A stretch of DNA of 64,000 nucleotides from Eledone cirrhosa (Eukaryota), in assembly GCA_964016885.1 (NCBI GenBank), contig OZ024747.1:13206001-13270000 (forward strand). Direction: 5' to 3'. Shown piece after piece: positions 39,045 through 52,535 of this stretch. Both the position numbers and the translations under genes were made by a program. Position 1 is the first letter of the stretch. Every line of letters begins with the position of its first letter. The notes under the pieces are model-generated. The model did not search any database, was not told where the DNA came from, and was given only the letters and a program-made list of their open reading frames with translations.

Positions 39045-39600
39045 GAGATATATATATAGATATAGAGAGGGGGAAAGTTTGGTGGTAATTGATAGAGAGA
39101 GAGGAATTTGAAGAGAGTTCTGTGAGAGGATTAATAGAGATAGGTATTGATATATATAGAGAGGGGGCGAATTTGGTAGTGATGGATAGAGTGAGAGGGA
39201 ATGAGAGAGTGTTGTATGGTAGATATATAGAGGGGGGTAGTTTGGTGGTAATTGATATACAGCGTGAGGTTGGGAGAGAGTTCTGTGTAGTAGATATAGA
39301 GAGGGTGAAAATTTGTCCTTTATTGATATAAAGAGGGGGATTAGCAGAGAGTACCATGCAATAGATATAGAGCGGGGAAGAATTTGGTGGTTGTAGATAT
39401 ACAAAGAGGGATAATGGGAGAGTGTCGTGTAGTGGATATAGAGAGTGAGAGAGTGTATTAGTCTTAGATATAGAGAGTGGGATAAGAGAGGCAGTGTCGT
39501 GGTAGATATAGAGAGGGGTAGAGTTTGGTTTTAGTAAATACAGAGAGGGGGATTAATATAGAGTTTTGTGTGATAGACATAGAGAGGAGGAGAGTTTGGT
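39045..39600. repeat. Degenerate purine-rich tandem repeat (about 30/60 bp period)
   Basis: Recurrent tagatatagagagggg...tttggtggt. Confidence 0.7.
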
Positions 39601-39603
39601 GGC

Positions 39604-39915
39604 ACTCTCGGGTCCCAAATATTAGAAGGGGTGGAAATAATGGGGGAGTGTCACTAATTGTATAATGTACGTTCGTAAATATGGGAATTCTTGTAATGTT
39701 CTTTTGTCATATATAATGTGTTTTTTTATGTAAAATAAAATTATTATTAGATTCTCCAGCTGCTGTATCAATATGAATCACTTACAATAAAATTTCGCCG
39801 GAGATAGATTAGCAAAATTTAATAAGCAGGTGGGCGTGGGGTGGAATACAACCCGGGGTGGGGATATGACAAATTAACAAGCGGGGGCGGGGAGGATTAT
39901 TCAAGACCTGAGAGT
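39604..39915. mobile_element. Putative MITE
   Basis: Imperfect TIRs actctcgggtc / gacctgagagt. Confidence 0.45.
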
Positions 39916-40114
39916 AGGTGAATTATTAACGGACGTGACAATGAAAACTCCATATCGAAGTAGAGTTTAAATATTCATTTATTATGGCTTAGCCTTGTTA
40001 CTCTGGAGTCTCACCTGCGTACTCACCAAGCAAGCCCCCTCCAATAATTATATTTTCTCCCCAAACTACCAAAACACACATCTATTTGGATATGCGCTAC
40101 AATTTATAAACATG

Positions 40115-40600
40115 TTAAGTCAAAATTTAATTCAAGAATATTTAAACCTTTGACCCTGTTTATAATCTATGGTAGATCATTAAGTCAAAATTTAATTGAA
40201 TTATATTTAAACCTTTGACTCCGTTCAGAATCTTTGGTAGATCATTAAATCAAAATTTAATTTCATTATATCTAAACCTTTGACCCCGTTGAGAATCTAT
40301 GGTAGGTCATTGAGTCAAAATTTAATTGAATTATATTTAAACCTTTGACTCCGTTCAGAATCTTTGGTAGATCATTAAATCAAAATTTAATTTCATTATA
40401 TCTAAACCTTTGGCCCCGTTGAGAATCTATGGTAGGTCATTGAGTCAAAATTTAATTGAATTATATTTAAGCCTTTGACCACATTGAGAATCTATTGTAG
40501 ATCATCGAGTCAAAATTTAATTCAAGAATGTTTAAAGTTTGGACCCCGTTCATAATATATAGTAGATCATTAAGTGAAAATTAATTCAAGAATGTTTAAA
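40115..40600. repeat. 61-bp tandem repeat, about 8 copies, with a 122-bp dimeric period
   Basis: ttaagtcaaaatttaatt...aaacctttgacc..gtt..gaatct.tggtagatca. Confidence 0.9.
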
Positions 40601-40994
40601 AGCACAAAATGTTTTTTGTGGCAATTCAAGGTGAATGGTACAAATTATAACATACATCATTGAAAAACAACAACAAACTTGTTGACAGTATAATTGAGAG
40701 GATTTAAAAACACTATAGAGTAATCATGTCAAAAAACATCGATTATTTAATTTTTGTTACGCATAAACATAAATTACCTTTCACTTTGTAGTTTTCTTTT
40801 GAAATCGGAATGTAATGAATGATTTAATTTCAATTGATTTCAACAAAAATAAATACTTTTTTAAAGCCAAGATATTTCTCAGTGTTTCATTTTTATCGAT
40901 CGACAAGCATTCTGTCACCATCCCGTCTTTAATATTTAATACATAGTATCTAAATATTATATTTTTCAGTGTTTCTCATCTTTAAAACGGCAAG

Positions 40995-41284
40995 TAGGGG
41001 TTCACAAACTTTTGGCGCCATCGCCCTCCTCGCGGTCTCGTAATACCATCAGCCCCCCAACCCTATTTCCAGAGAGACCTGCTTACACACAAATTGTAAA
41101 TAATATATAACAAATAAAATCGTTAATTTTTATATAATAAATAATATATATATACACTATGTATAAATAAATATTATATATGTATCATTTGATAAATATA
41201 CTATTATATCATCTCTACACCCCACCTCTCCCTTAGGCCCCAGCGCCCCCTGAGGGTGGTAGCGCCCACTTTGAGAACCTCCGA
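40995..41284. mobile_element. Degenerate hAT-type MITE
   Basis: taggggttcacaaacttt ... cactttgagaacctccg ends with subterminal cgccc motifs. Confidence 0.55.
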
Positions 41285-42720
41285 TTTAAAGCAATAAACT
41301 GTACTTGACTTACCTAGAAGCTAAATAAGCTATAGCTTATAGCCACACCCCCAGAGGGCCTCATTTAGAAATATGCTATTTTTTCTTTTTCTATGCGGTA
41401 AATCAATTAATAAGTCAAAAGGGACAGTCTAAACTAATTTAATCTTATAATCATTAATAAATAATAATCATGCATAATTATTTAAAATTTTTACCAGAAT
41501 TTTTTTAGGGCTTGAAATTCTATATAGCTTAGTGCCTCGGTATGTGAAAGTCCTGCCTTGGCGATGAATTTGTCTTGTTAATTCTATCAGGTTGGCAGGT
41601 CATGTAGAAATCACCTTCATTGGTCACCAGTATTCCATGTTTTTAATCTATCCACATATATTTTATTTTTTGTTTATTTCACAAGGTTCTTGCTGTAAAA
41701 TTGTAAACAAAAACGTATCTAAGAAAACACGAAGTTAGATAACTTTTTTCTTGCATATACTCTCTATAGAGTCGTGGTGCTGGTGGTGAGGGCACCGTGG
41801 TGACATACGGTGTATCTTGTGTATTTTAAACCTGGCGGAGCTTATCCCTCTCCAGGTCTGATTTCTTCCAGAGAAAGTGAGAAAGAGTTGTAAAAAAAAA
41901 AAAATCGACCCCAGTAATGGACTGATACTTTATTTTTAGAACCGCTAATGACTCGAGCGAATTTGTCGCATATAACCTTTTTCTTACGCAATGCGATTTT
42001 TGGTTTTCATTCGTCTCTGATATTGCTTCAATGTATTAATCATGTGTCGTGGCTTTTATTTTAATACAAGATTGCAGGTTTAATGAAATCTAAACAAAAA
42101 TAAAGTTTCAGAGCACTCAAGTACCACTTAAGCGCTGCAGATACTTAAAAGATGCAGACACCCAGCCTCTTTTTTAGTTGATCATATCGACCCACATATA
42201 CATTTGGTGTCTGCTATTTTTGTGTCTTTTAAATACAAGGCCATGTCTAAGAATATTGAGAAAATTCTTTATACATATAAAAATACTTTATAAGTCTTTG
42301 AAATATTCTAAACAAGTATTTTCACAATATGTATAACAAGAATATAAATATCATATATGACTTATAAAAACAATTTGACTATATTTTTTTCATTCTTCTC
42401 TACTCTCGGAGTGTTCCCTCTACATTGTCTATCTGTGCGAAAAACAATTATATAGAACGGAAAAAATATAATAATTAATCATAATCTAATTTTGATTATT
42501 TCTTTAATGTAATTATAAAAGCAGTAAAAAAAAATAATAAAATTATTACATAAATAAAACTTCTTTCACACAACAAAAATATTTGTTTTTCAGAAAAAAC
42601 AACTTAAAGAAAAAATATAACCCTTTTGATACCAACCAGGCCAACAGCAGCTCTGTTTCTTTGAAACAGAACCACCTATTTTAATTAAATTAATATAATT
42701 TTATATCAGAATCATGAGTT

Positions 42721-43360
42721 AATAATTGTTTCTACATTTGGCACAAGCCCAGCAAATACCCAGTGTATTACTGGTACTTTATTTTATCGACCTCGTAAGG
42801 ATGAAAGGCAAAGTTAACCTCACCGGGATTTGAACTCAGAATGGCAAGGGCCGTAACTCTATGCGTCAAAGCAGGGTGTCTGACCCTCTACCGATACTGC
42901 CAATCCACCGCCCTCGTATTTCTTAAATAATTGTTTCTACATTTGGCACAAGGCCAGCAATTACCCCAGTGTATTACTGGAACTTTATTTTATCGACCCC
43001 GTAAGGATGAAAGGTAAAGTTAACTTCGGCGGGATTTGAACCCAGAATGGTAAGGGCTGTAACTCTATGCGTCAAAGCATGGCATCCGACCCTCTACCGA
43101 TACTGCCAATCCACTGGTCTGTGTGTGCGTGAAGGGGGTTGGGGGTTTAGAACAACTTACTTCCTGTGTTAATAATTGTTTCTACTTTTGGCACAAGGCC
43201 TGCAATTATCCCAGTGTATTACTGGTACTTTATTTTATCGACCCTGTAAGGATGAAAGGCAAAGTTAACCTCGGCGGGATTTGAACTCAGAATGGCAAGG
43301 ACCGTAACTCTATGCGTCAAAGCATGGCGTCCGACCCTCTACCAATAACTGCCAATCCAC
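42721..43360 (-). mobile_element. Three consecutive family 1 SINEs (42721-42913, 42927-43114, 43171-43360)
   Basis: Three full copies in the same orientation; the third has TSD acttcctgtgttaataat. Confidence 0.92.
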
Positions 43361-43512
43361 TTCCTGTGTTAATAATGAAATGAGAAATAATTTTAGTAAA
43401 TCCTTCAAAATTGTTTATTAATTAATTGAAATAGTGTGTATTCATTTAAAATACGGTTACGAAAGAGTTAGTCAAGCGAGAAAGAACAACTTCCTTTGTA
43501 GGGCGTCTGAGA

Positions 43513-43544
<32 letters not shown>

Positions 43545-44498
43545 GGGGGGGGGAGACTCAGAAGAACTTTCTTCGTAGGGCGTCTGTAACTGGTGTGTGT
43601 GTGCGTGAGGGGGTTTAGGGCGTTTAGAACAACTTACTTCCTAGGGCGTCTTTGACTGGTGGTGGTGGTGGTGGTGGGTGGGTGGGGGGGATCAGAATGA
43701 AACAGTTGCTGTCCCTTTGAATTTACTGTTGTTGGTGTGCATCTCAGCAGATTTTTGGTACGGGTTGTTAACAAATGAAATGATTCTTTTCAGATCCAAG
43801 TGTTTTTAGGTGTATACTCGAGGCTTTTAAGTTTTTAGAGTTCTCTATCATTTTTTTTCTGTTTGTTTGAGGGAAGGGAACAAAATCAAGGTTTAAATGG
43901 AAGGTGTGTACTTTTCCTTTAGAGTTGCCTTCACTTTGCTTTTCTTTTGCGTGTGTGCCTGATTTCTGAGAAGACATTTCTCACCCACCCCAAAGTGGGT
44001 GGGAGATCTCCCCGTCGGACGAGGAGAGTTGACAGGTCTGTAATGTTGATGTGTAATTTGGGTCGTATTTTTAATATTGCTTGTGTGATTTGACCTTTTC
44101 AATGAGTCAGTAATTGTTTTGTTGAATATATGTCATGCAGTGTATATTTTGATGGCTGTAGTGTTTTCGAGTTCTGAGAACCTTTAATTTTGTTCTTTGT
44201 AGAACTCATTCTACTGGGTATTTCTGAAATATTGCTATTTTTTGTTTTGTTTTTGTTCATGGATGTATGAGAGTTGTGATGATAATTATTAGGCCAACTG
44301 AGGAGAAAAAGTCTGAAGAAAAAGTTTCTGTAGTTGTCCTGGGAGCTATGATTGTGTGCTAATGAGGGTTGTTTAGGATGTAAAGTGAAGTTTAATTGTG
44401 ACGCTGTAATGTTACCTCTTATGTTACTTGTACTATTTACAAATTAGAACTTGCTGAGTGTATTAAATTGTCTCTATCTATCTATCTATCTATCTATC

Positions 44499-44579
44499 TT
44501 AAACGTCTTTATTGTATGTAAACTTCCCCCTTTGTATTTGTCCCCTTCTTTTGTGCCCCTGTGGATAATAAAGAAACAT
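44499..44579 (+). mobile_element. Short retroposon 3' end in a (TATC)n tract
   Basis: Matches 26146-26242; AATAAA just before the repeat. Confidence 0.7.
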
Positions 44580-44615
44580 ATCTATCTGTCTATCTATTTA
44601 TCTATTTACCCTTAA

Positions 44616-44823
44616 TGTAGCTCTCAGGGAGATTCAGCGTGACACAGAATGTGACAAGACTGGCTCTTCAAATTACAAGTACAACTCATTTTTGCTAGCT
44701 GAGTGGACTGGAGCAACGTGAAATAAAGTGTCTTGCTCAAGGACACAATGCGCCACCGGTAATCGAACTCACGACCTTACGATCGTGAGTAGAATACCCT
44801 ATCCACAAAGCCACACGCCTTCA
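44616..44823 (-). mobile_element. tRNA-derived SINE (family 2)
   Basis: Minus strand: ggcgtgTGGCTTTGTGG...GAGTTCGATTA...gtgtccttgagcaagacactt. Confidence 0.85.
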
Positions 44824-44830
44824 CTGAGGT

Positions 44831-45024
44831 GATAATTGTTTCTACTTTTGGCACAAGGCCAGCAATCATCCTAGTGTATTACTGGTACTTTATTTTATCG
44901 ACCCCGTAAGGATGAAAGGCAAAGTTAGCCTCGGCAGGATTTGAACTCAGATCATAAAGGGCCGTAACTCTATGCTGCAAAGCATGGCGTCCGATCCTCT
45001 ACCGATACTGCCAACCCATCACCC
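44831..45024 (-). mobile_element. tRNA-derived SINE (family 1)
   Basis: A and B boxes, TSD actgaggtga. Confidence 0.9.
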
Positions 45025-45949
45025 TACTGAGGTGAAAATAATAGTAACCATAATATTATGCATTATGGATCTCACAACTATAAATAACCGTTAGATAGAC
45101 ATATTGCCTGGCGGATTAATGTTTATAAATGGATAGAAATGTGGTTTCAGGCGAAATAGCCATTAAATAGTCTTTAATCATATAATTTAAGTAGCATTTC
45201 ATAATTAAACTATCAAAATGTCGGATCAGCAAACTAATTATACTCAAAAAGAAAGGACATATTGGATGATATGGAGTTCTCTATACAGTATGTCTAGAAA
45301 ACAAGACTGATTGGTCTCGACTGGATTGTCTTTGATCATAGTACTCAGCCTTCTCATAATTTCAACTTATCAAACTCTAATAACAGATTAGGGAGGCTGG
45401 ATTTGATGTTTTATTATTTTAGAAAGATCAATTTCTTGAGAATCCTTATCTCTATATTTCTTTTTGTTGTCTCCGCCGTTGTCACTGTTATTGTTTAGCT
45501 CTGAAACTAGCTGTTATCAACTAAACTATTACCAATGGCATTCTCTGTAATGTGTAAGGGCTGGTTCCACGATAAAAAAATACCCCAGGATGGAATGCAC
45601 AACCAGAATACACAACCAGAAATGGTTGACGTTAGAAATGGCATCCAGCCATAGAAAACATGTCAAAGTGGAACGTATGAACGAGATGCGGCCATTTGAA
45701 CTGTCTAGCCTCTTAACGTGACAACTCGTCTAATCCAGTCAAGCATGGAAAATAGGCGTAATGTGGTGTTAGGTAAAGCTAATGCTACGATTGGGCAACT
45801 GGCCTTTGGAATGTTGTTAGGCGCTCAGAGCTCTGTACCTATCAGGCAATGAGATATGTGGAACTTACCCGTTATCATTCTATTAAAAATTAGTGGTGAA
45901 TGAGAGTAACAACGTTCACGAGGTAAACACTAAATAATGCGATTTTATT

Positions 45950-46685
45950 TTAGTATAACATCTATGCCGAAAGTGCAATGAAGAAAGGTTTAGCAGATTT
46001 TGGATGTACTATTAAAATCGGTGGAAGTATGGTCTCCAATCTCATATATGTCGATGATACTATCCTTATTGCTGATAGAATCAACGATTCTGTCGAAGAA
46101 AGTAAAATAAAAAAAGGGAAGAGTATGGTTTATTCATTAATTTTGATAAAACGTAATCAATGATTATCTTTGGAGCATATGACCAAGATAATCCTATAAT
46201 AATTGATAATCAAATTGTCAAAGTGGGGAATGAATCTAGCTATCTTGGAAGTATTATCACAAATCAATATGATGACAGAAAAATAGATAAAAAAAAATAA
46301 GACTTGCAATAGCAAAATCTGTTGTTATCTCTTTATACAGCATTTGAAATAATCCATGAATAAATAAAAAGCCCAAGCTGAAATTACTGCACACTTTGAT
46401 ATTTCCAATAGCAACGCATGGATCTGAATGCGGGACTCTTAAAAGCTGATATAAAAAGAGTTTTCAAGTTTGGCGTTAGAGAAGAATGCTAACACTTAGC
46501 TGGACAGAAAAAAAGTACGTATCAATTTATTAAATCAAACTGGAACAGAATGGAGCTTTGAAAAAACGGAAATAAAAACCCCGACAGGCAAAAGAACTGA
46601 ATAATTTGCGCATGTCATAAGAATAGATGGTCTTCAGAAACTATTGGTCGCTAGAAAAAGTCCAAGAAGAGGACGTAGAAATGAA
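45950..46685 (+). mobile_element. Highly decayed RTE-clade LINE (RT to 3' region)
   Basis: IKIGGSMVSNLIYVDDTILIA resembles the RTE NNLRYADD motif; downstream YLGSII and RRMLTLSWTEKK remnants. Confidence 0.75.
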
Positions 46686-47841
46686 CTAATAACAATAATA
46701 TTATTTATTGTTGGGTACACGACATCAATTACCTTGGAGAATACCCTTAGTTGAAAACAGAAGAGAACACAGAACAATGTTGATAATAGCAAACAAAAAT
46801 TTATCTTTTATATTAGAAGAATGGCATCATATTGACACCAACAGCTGTGACACTCGGTTTGTTAATATAAATTTATTAATGTAGTAGACATCTGAAGGGT
46901 AGTAGAAACGTGCTTTCTTTTATTTGATTATAATTTAGAACTTGGTGGAATCTAGAAACGAACAGGTAGGTGTTAATATCATACTTCAGTAATACTTTAT
47001 GTGTTAACCAGAGTAATTAATTAGCTTATATAATTGATAATCAAACATATAACTTCTACGAATATTGGCAAATTATGTTAAGTTTGCTGAGCTAGTTTGG
47101 GTAGAGTAATTATTCTACTAGCTCAAATTAATTTAGATCCTGTGAAAAGTAGCTAAAGTTATTGTTCTTTCCATCATCTATAATCAGATTTTCAGAAGCG
47201 AGGTTGAGGAATTTATCGAGTTTCTGTTGCTTTTTTCTCCTTCTTGCAGCTTGTATCTAGCTATCCAGGAAATAAATATGAAAAGTTAGGATTATCCTAG
47301 ATCTAATTCTATAACCTTTTACGCATCCCATTGTTCCAATAAAATGTGATAATGTAATTATCTACAGAACAATGGTGGATTTCCACTGATGCTAATCAGC
47401 TAAGATGGTGGAGGTAGAGAAGATATTTCCCTCTGTACAAAGCTTGTAATATTAAACAGCGAAACCAAATAAAAAATCTATGACAGAGCTATATCAGTTA
47501 GTTTCAATTCCAAGTTAGAATTGTTTCAGTTACATTGGTAATGCTCTGGGGAAAAATATGAATGTTAGAATTTCCCAGCTTTAGTTTGTTTTAAATTTGT
47601 GGTTTCGTGAATGTGAGTATGTCAATATGTGTTTGGAAGCGTGCGTTTTCACGCGTCTGCATATATCTAATTTCATTTTTATATTTTTATATCTCCTGAC
47701 TGTTCTGGTGCAGAATACGGAATTCTGACATTAATGATGTACAGGCAAAAATATGTTAAAAGCATGAGCCTGATTCGTAATATTGTTTCTATGTTACTAG
47801 AATATATGCGGTAGTTTATTCTACGGCTAGGCACAAGTGTA

Positions 47842-48005
47842 AGGCGACGAATTGGCAGAGTCGTTAGAACGTCGGATACAATGCTTTGCGGTCTTTGTTC
47901 CGGCTCTCTGCTCGCTGAGTTCAAATCTCGCCGAGATCAATTTTGCCTTTTATCTATTCAAGGTCGATAAAAAAATGTACCAGTCTAGTGCTGGGGTCGA
48001 GTCTT
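47842..48005 (+). mobile_element. SINE (family 1-related)
   Basis: ggcgacgaattggcagagtcg...gagttcaaatctc...ggtcgataaaa. Confidence 0.8.
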
Positions 48006-48327
48006 CTTCTAAAAAATAGGAAATATAGTAATGAAAGGGTTAATTTAGTGGCAATAGTTGAAACTTCATGTTTGTCTACAAATCAATAAGGATACTACCT
48101 CAGGGTCAACAGCTGAAGATCAATGTCTGAAAGCCCTATAATTCTAAGAAACTTTCCCTACCAGCTTAATTGTCACTTCGTCATCTTATTCTATTTTCGT
48201 TGAAGATATTCTTAAATAAGTTCCCTTTTTATAGAGTTTCTGCTTAAATAGCATGTGTGAAGTTATTCAAAATTATTTCTGAAGTTGTTGATGTGTTCTG
48301 ATTTAGTATAACTAACATTAAACATAA

Positions 48328-48890
48328 TCATCATCATCATCATCGTCATCAGTATCATCCCCACCATCACTGCCACAATCACGAACAGCACCACCACCAT
48401 CACCGCCACCACCGCACCTACAATATTTCTGCCCCACCTACACCACCCTCATCATACCACTACCATCATCAGTATCATCCTCACCATCACCAACACCTCC
48501 ATCACCGCCACCCTCACGAACACCACCACCACCAACACCACCACCACCGCCACCACCACTTCCACCACCACCACCAACAACAATAACAACAACAACAACA
48601 CCACCACCGTGTCCACGAACACCATCACCATCACCACCACCACCACCACCACCACCACCACCACCACCACCATCACTGTCACAATATTTCTGTCCCACCT
48701 ACACCACCCTCACAGTACTACTACCATCACCAGTACAACAAACACAACCTCCACCACCACAACCTCCACCACCACATCGCACCCCCATCTTCATGCACCA
48801 CCCTCAATCCCCACCACCACCACCACCACCACCACCAGCCACAACCACCACCACATTTAGCACTACCACTATTACCACCATCATCACCAT
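48328..48890. repeat. (CAC)n/(CAT)n low-complexity tract
   Basis: Seen directly. Confidence 0.9.
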
Positions 48891-49257
48891 CTAAAGGAAT
48901 TCCAGCCATGACCATCCCGTCTTTTTTTTATATCAGGAGTTACTGTCTGCTTCGAAATGTTTATTCTTTAATCTGGATTTTACTACGAACCGAAGTTAGA
49001 CGATGTTAATGGTATCAGTGCATGTTTTTTGTTACTGTTCTATCCCACCACCACCACCACCACCACCACCATCATCGTCATCGTCATCAGCATAATCATT
49101 ATCACCATCGCCACCACCACTTAAACCGCCACCAGTTGCACCACCACAGCCACCACTTTCACCACAATTACCACCACCACCACCATCATCAACTTCTTTA
49201 AAAAAAACGATACATTGTTTAATGTGTCCACTTTTATTTTATTTTGCAGACGATATA

Positions 49258-49484
49258 CAGGGTGGGTCAGAATTCATGACTCGCTTGTTAGTTATATTTC
49301 TTAACATAGAAAACCGATTTAACTAAGCAGCGTATGAATTAAATGTGTACATTTGTGTGCTTACCGTATCTTGTTCATGATCTTATGCCTCTATATGGTA
49401 TTATATTCCTTAACTTGTTTTATAACATTTTGTATTAATAGATCTATAAATAATCAAGTGAGTCATGAATTCTGGCCCACCCTG
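49258..49484. mobile_element. Tc1/mariner-type MITE
   Basis: TA-cagggtgggtcagaattcatgactcgcttg / caagtgagtcatgaattctggcccaccctg-TA: 30-bp TIRs with 2 mismatches. Confidence 0.9.
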
Positions 49485-49846
49485 TAGAATGATTTGGCTA
49501 CTTTATTTAACAGGTCAAGTGATCATGTAGACGTTTCCTTTGCAAGCTTCATATATATTATATCGCCTGTATATGGAAATGACATTAAATATATATATAA
49601 TTTAATAGAAAATGTTATTAATAGAGATAAAGCAAATTTTCAGATAATCATTTTGATAGTAAAATCAGATAATAAATTTCCTATTTTAATAATGAATTTG
49701 ATATCGATCTGTTTAACATTTCTGTAAAATAATAAATTCCTCCATTGATTTGTTTATTTAATTCTTAAATTTAAGAGAATAATTGTATAATATGGAATAA
49801 CGGAATAACGGTATAATAAAACACGTAGGCTTCCTGCGTTGCAGCA

Positions 49847-49901
<55 letters not shown>

Positions 49902-50647
49902 GGTGTTGGTGGTGGTGGTGTTGGTGGTGGTGATGTTGTTTGATAGGGATATTGGTGGTGGTGGTGGTGGTGGTGTTGGTGGTGGTGGTGGTGATATTTG
50001 GTAGGGACATTGGTGGTGTTGGTGATGGTGGTGGTGGTAATGTTGTTTGTTTGAGGCGTTGGTGGTGGTGGTGGTGGCGGTGGCGGTGATGGTGATGTTG
50101 TCTGATAGGGACGTTGGTGGTGGTGGTGGCGGTGATGGTGATGTTGTTTGATAGGGACATTGATGGTGGTGGTGGTAGTGGTGGTGGTGATATTTGGTAG
50201 GGACATTGGTGGTGGTGTTGGAGTGGTGATGGTGGTGGTGGTGGTGTTGTTTGATAGGGACGTTGGTGGTAGTGGTGGTGGTGGTAGTGGTGGTGGTGAT
50301 ATTTGGTAGGGACTTTGGTGGTGGTGTTGGAGTGGTGATGGTGGTGGTGTTGTTTGATAGGGACGTTGGTGGTAGTGGTGGTAGTGGTGGTGGTGGTGGT
50401 GATATTTGGTAGGGACATTGGTGGTGGTGTTAGAGTGGTGATGGTGGTGGTGGTGGTGTTGTTTGATAGGGACGTTGGTGGTAGTGGTGGTGGTGGTAGT
50501 GGTTGTGGTGGTGGTGGTGACTCTGGTGGTAGTGGAGATGGTGGTTCTGGTGGTGATGTTGTTTGATGACAAGGACGATAATGATGATGACGATGTTGAC
50601 GATGATGACGATAACGATGATGGTTATGATGATGATGATGATGATGC

Positions 50648-50680
<33 letters not shown>

Positions 50681-50894
50681 CGATAACGATGATGGTTATG
50701 ATGATGATGATGATGATGCTGATGATGATGATGATGACGATAACGATGATGGTTATGATGATGATGACGATGATGCTGATGATGATGATGATGATGACGA
50801 TAACGATGATGGTTATGATGATGATGACGATGATGATGATGATAAAGATGATGATGATGATGATGATGATGATGACGATGATGATGATGATAAA

Positions 50895-50948
<54 letters not shown>

Positions 50949-51100
50949 GATGATGATGATGACGGAGGTAATTGATGGAGGTGGAGATGATGATGATGAT
51001 GATAATGATGATGAGGATGATGATGATGATGATGATCCAACTAGGAAATCTGCTGCTACTGCTGCTGCTACTGCTGCTGCTACTGCTGCCACTGCTGTTG
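49847..51100. repeat. Compound trinucleotide array: (GTT)n, a (GGT)n minisatellite with gatagggac spacers, (GAT)n, (GCT)n
   Basis: Seen directly; source of the poly-T/H/D/M ORFs. Confidence 0.93.
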
Positions 51101-51489
51101 ATGTTTTAAGTAGCACATAATAACTTTCAAACAAATTAATTTACTCTATTATCGAATCTAATTTTCCACAAGAGAAATGGCAATAAATATAAAAGAAAGG
51201 TATTTTATTATCTGTTCTCTCGTAAGTAATGGAGTAACAGAAGTAAAACTTTCAAAATCTTCTATTTACAATATAAACGATATCGAAATCATTGAATTGG
51301 ATTTAGAATCTCTTCGTTTGGTATGTTCAAATCACTTTCATTCCAACAATTCTAACCATTCTGGTAAATTTTTGGGCAAAAAAGTTCACGTTGAGTGTTG
51401 GCTTACCTCAAAAATGCAGGACTCCATTTGGTTTACTTCAGCTATAAGAAAAGAATCTGAAAAATATCCTGTCATATCACATAATCCAC

Positions 51490-51830
51490 ATGACTGGTGC
51501 AACGTGTCCGAACACAGAAGAACCCAATTCCCACTGTCATCGCCTCCATCTCTCTTGCCCTCCCCATCTCTCTGTATTTTGACCAAATGGGGTCCCACTT
51601 GCTGGCCGCCCACAGCCCCGGCGGACAGAATGGAAAAGGCGTTTCTCCGGAGGATGGCAAGGGAGATGCGCTGGAAGAGCCATTCCAACTCGCGAGGCTC
51701 ACACCTGCGGCTGACGAGCTCAGCGCCTATGGTGGTGAGTAGGGAGGTAGCCCTAGGGCCAAGGACACCAGAAGTCTCCACTGCCAAGGGCACGACCGCA
51801 AACCTTTCGAAGAGCGACCGGTACTTGCTG
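51490..51830 (-). mobile_element. CRE-like non-LTR retrotransposon 3' fragment
   Basis: SKYRSLFERFAVVPLAVETSGVLGPRA...WLFQRISLAILRRNAFSIL. Confidence 0.8.
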
Positions 51831-52200
51831 TATGGAGATTCTTGTTTAAACATTGTAAAAACTATTTTAAGAGACGTTCTTTCTGACGCCGGGTTTATTT
51901 CTCCTCAGTGTAGGTTCTGTATATGGATCCATAACCCCTGGATGAGTCGTAGGGGCGCCGTCATGATATACAGCGTGCCTTTGGCATTTTAAACTTGGCT
52001 GAGCCCATCCTTTCAAAGTATCTAGACACAGCTATTTTTTGCAGAGAAGGAGACTGAGAAGAAAGAAGCGGTAAAGAGTTGGAATCGACCCCAGTATACT
52101 GACCTTTTTGTACATAAGTTTTAGGAAGATTTAGCTCCTATTAGGTCCACGTAAAGATTCATTCATCAGTTTGGAATGCTATAAATGGCATTTTATACAG

Positions 52201-52535
52201 AGTGGATCGGCTGGTTGGTAGAGTCGTTAGAGCGTCGCATAGAATGCTTTGTGGTATTATTCCCGGCTCTTTTCGCTTTCTGAGTTCAAATCCTGCGGAG
52301 GTAAAATTTGTCTTTTATCCTTTCGAAGTCGATAATAAAATCTTGGGGTTGGTGTTTCCTATATATCTCTTTCTCACTTCCTTTCTATCTCTGTGCTTCC
52401 TTCTCTGGAAGGAATCGGCCGGATTCCAAAATGGAGAGGGGATGGGATCCGCCAACTTTAAAATGTCTAAGATCTGCTGTATGTCACTACGGTGCCCTTT
52501 CGATTCCATTACGAGTTACGGATCTATCAATACAT
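52201..52535 (+). mobile_element. Older SINE subfamily
   Basis: gagttcaaatcc B-box and shared tail. Confidence 0.65.

Noticed and set aside
43768-44102. Short minus-strand ORFs and a local hairpin
   Set aside because: No motif recognised; may be a decayed LINE ORF1 but unsupported.
49754-51134. Poly-T, H, D, M and I ORFs
   Set aside because: Trinucleotide repeats open in most frames on both strands, with no splice or domain evidence.
51177-51992. 271-aa + strand ORF
   Set aside because: It is the antisense of the CRE-like fragment plus flanking sequence; no recognisable domain.
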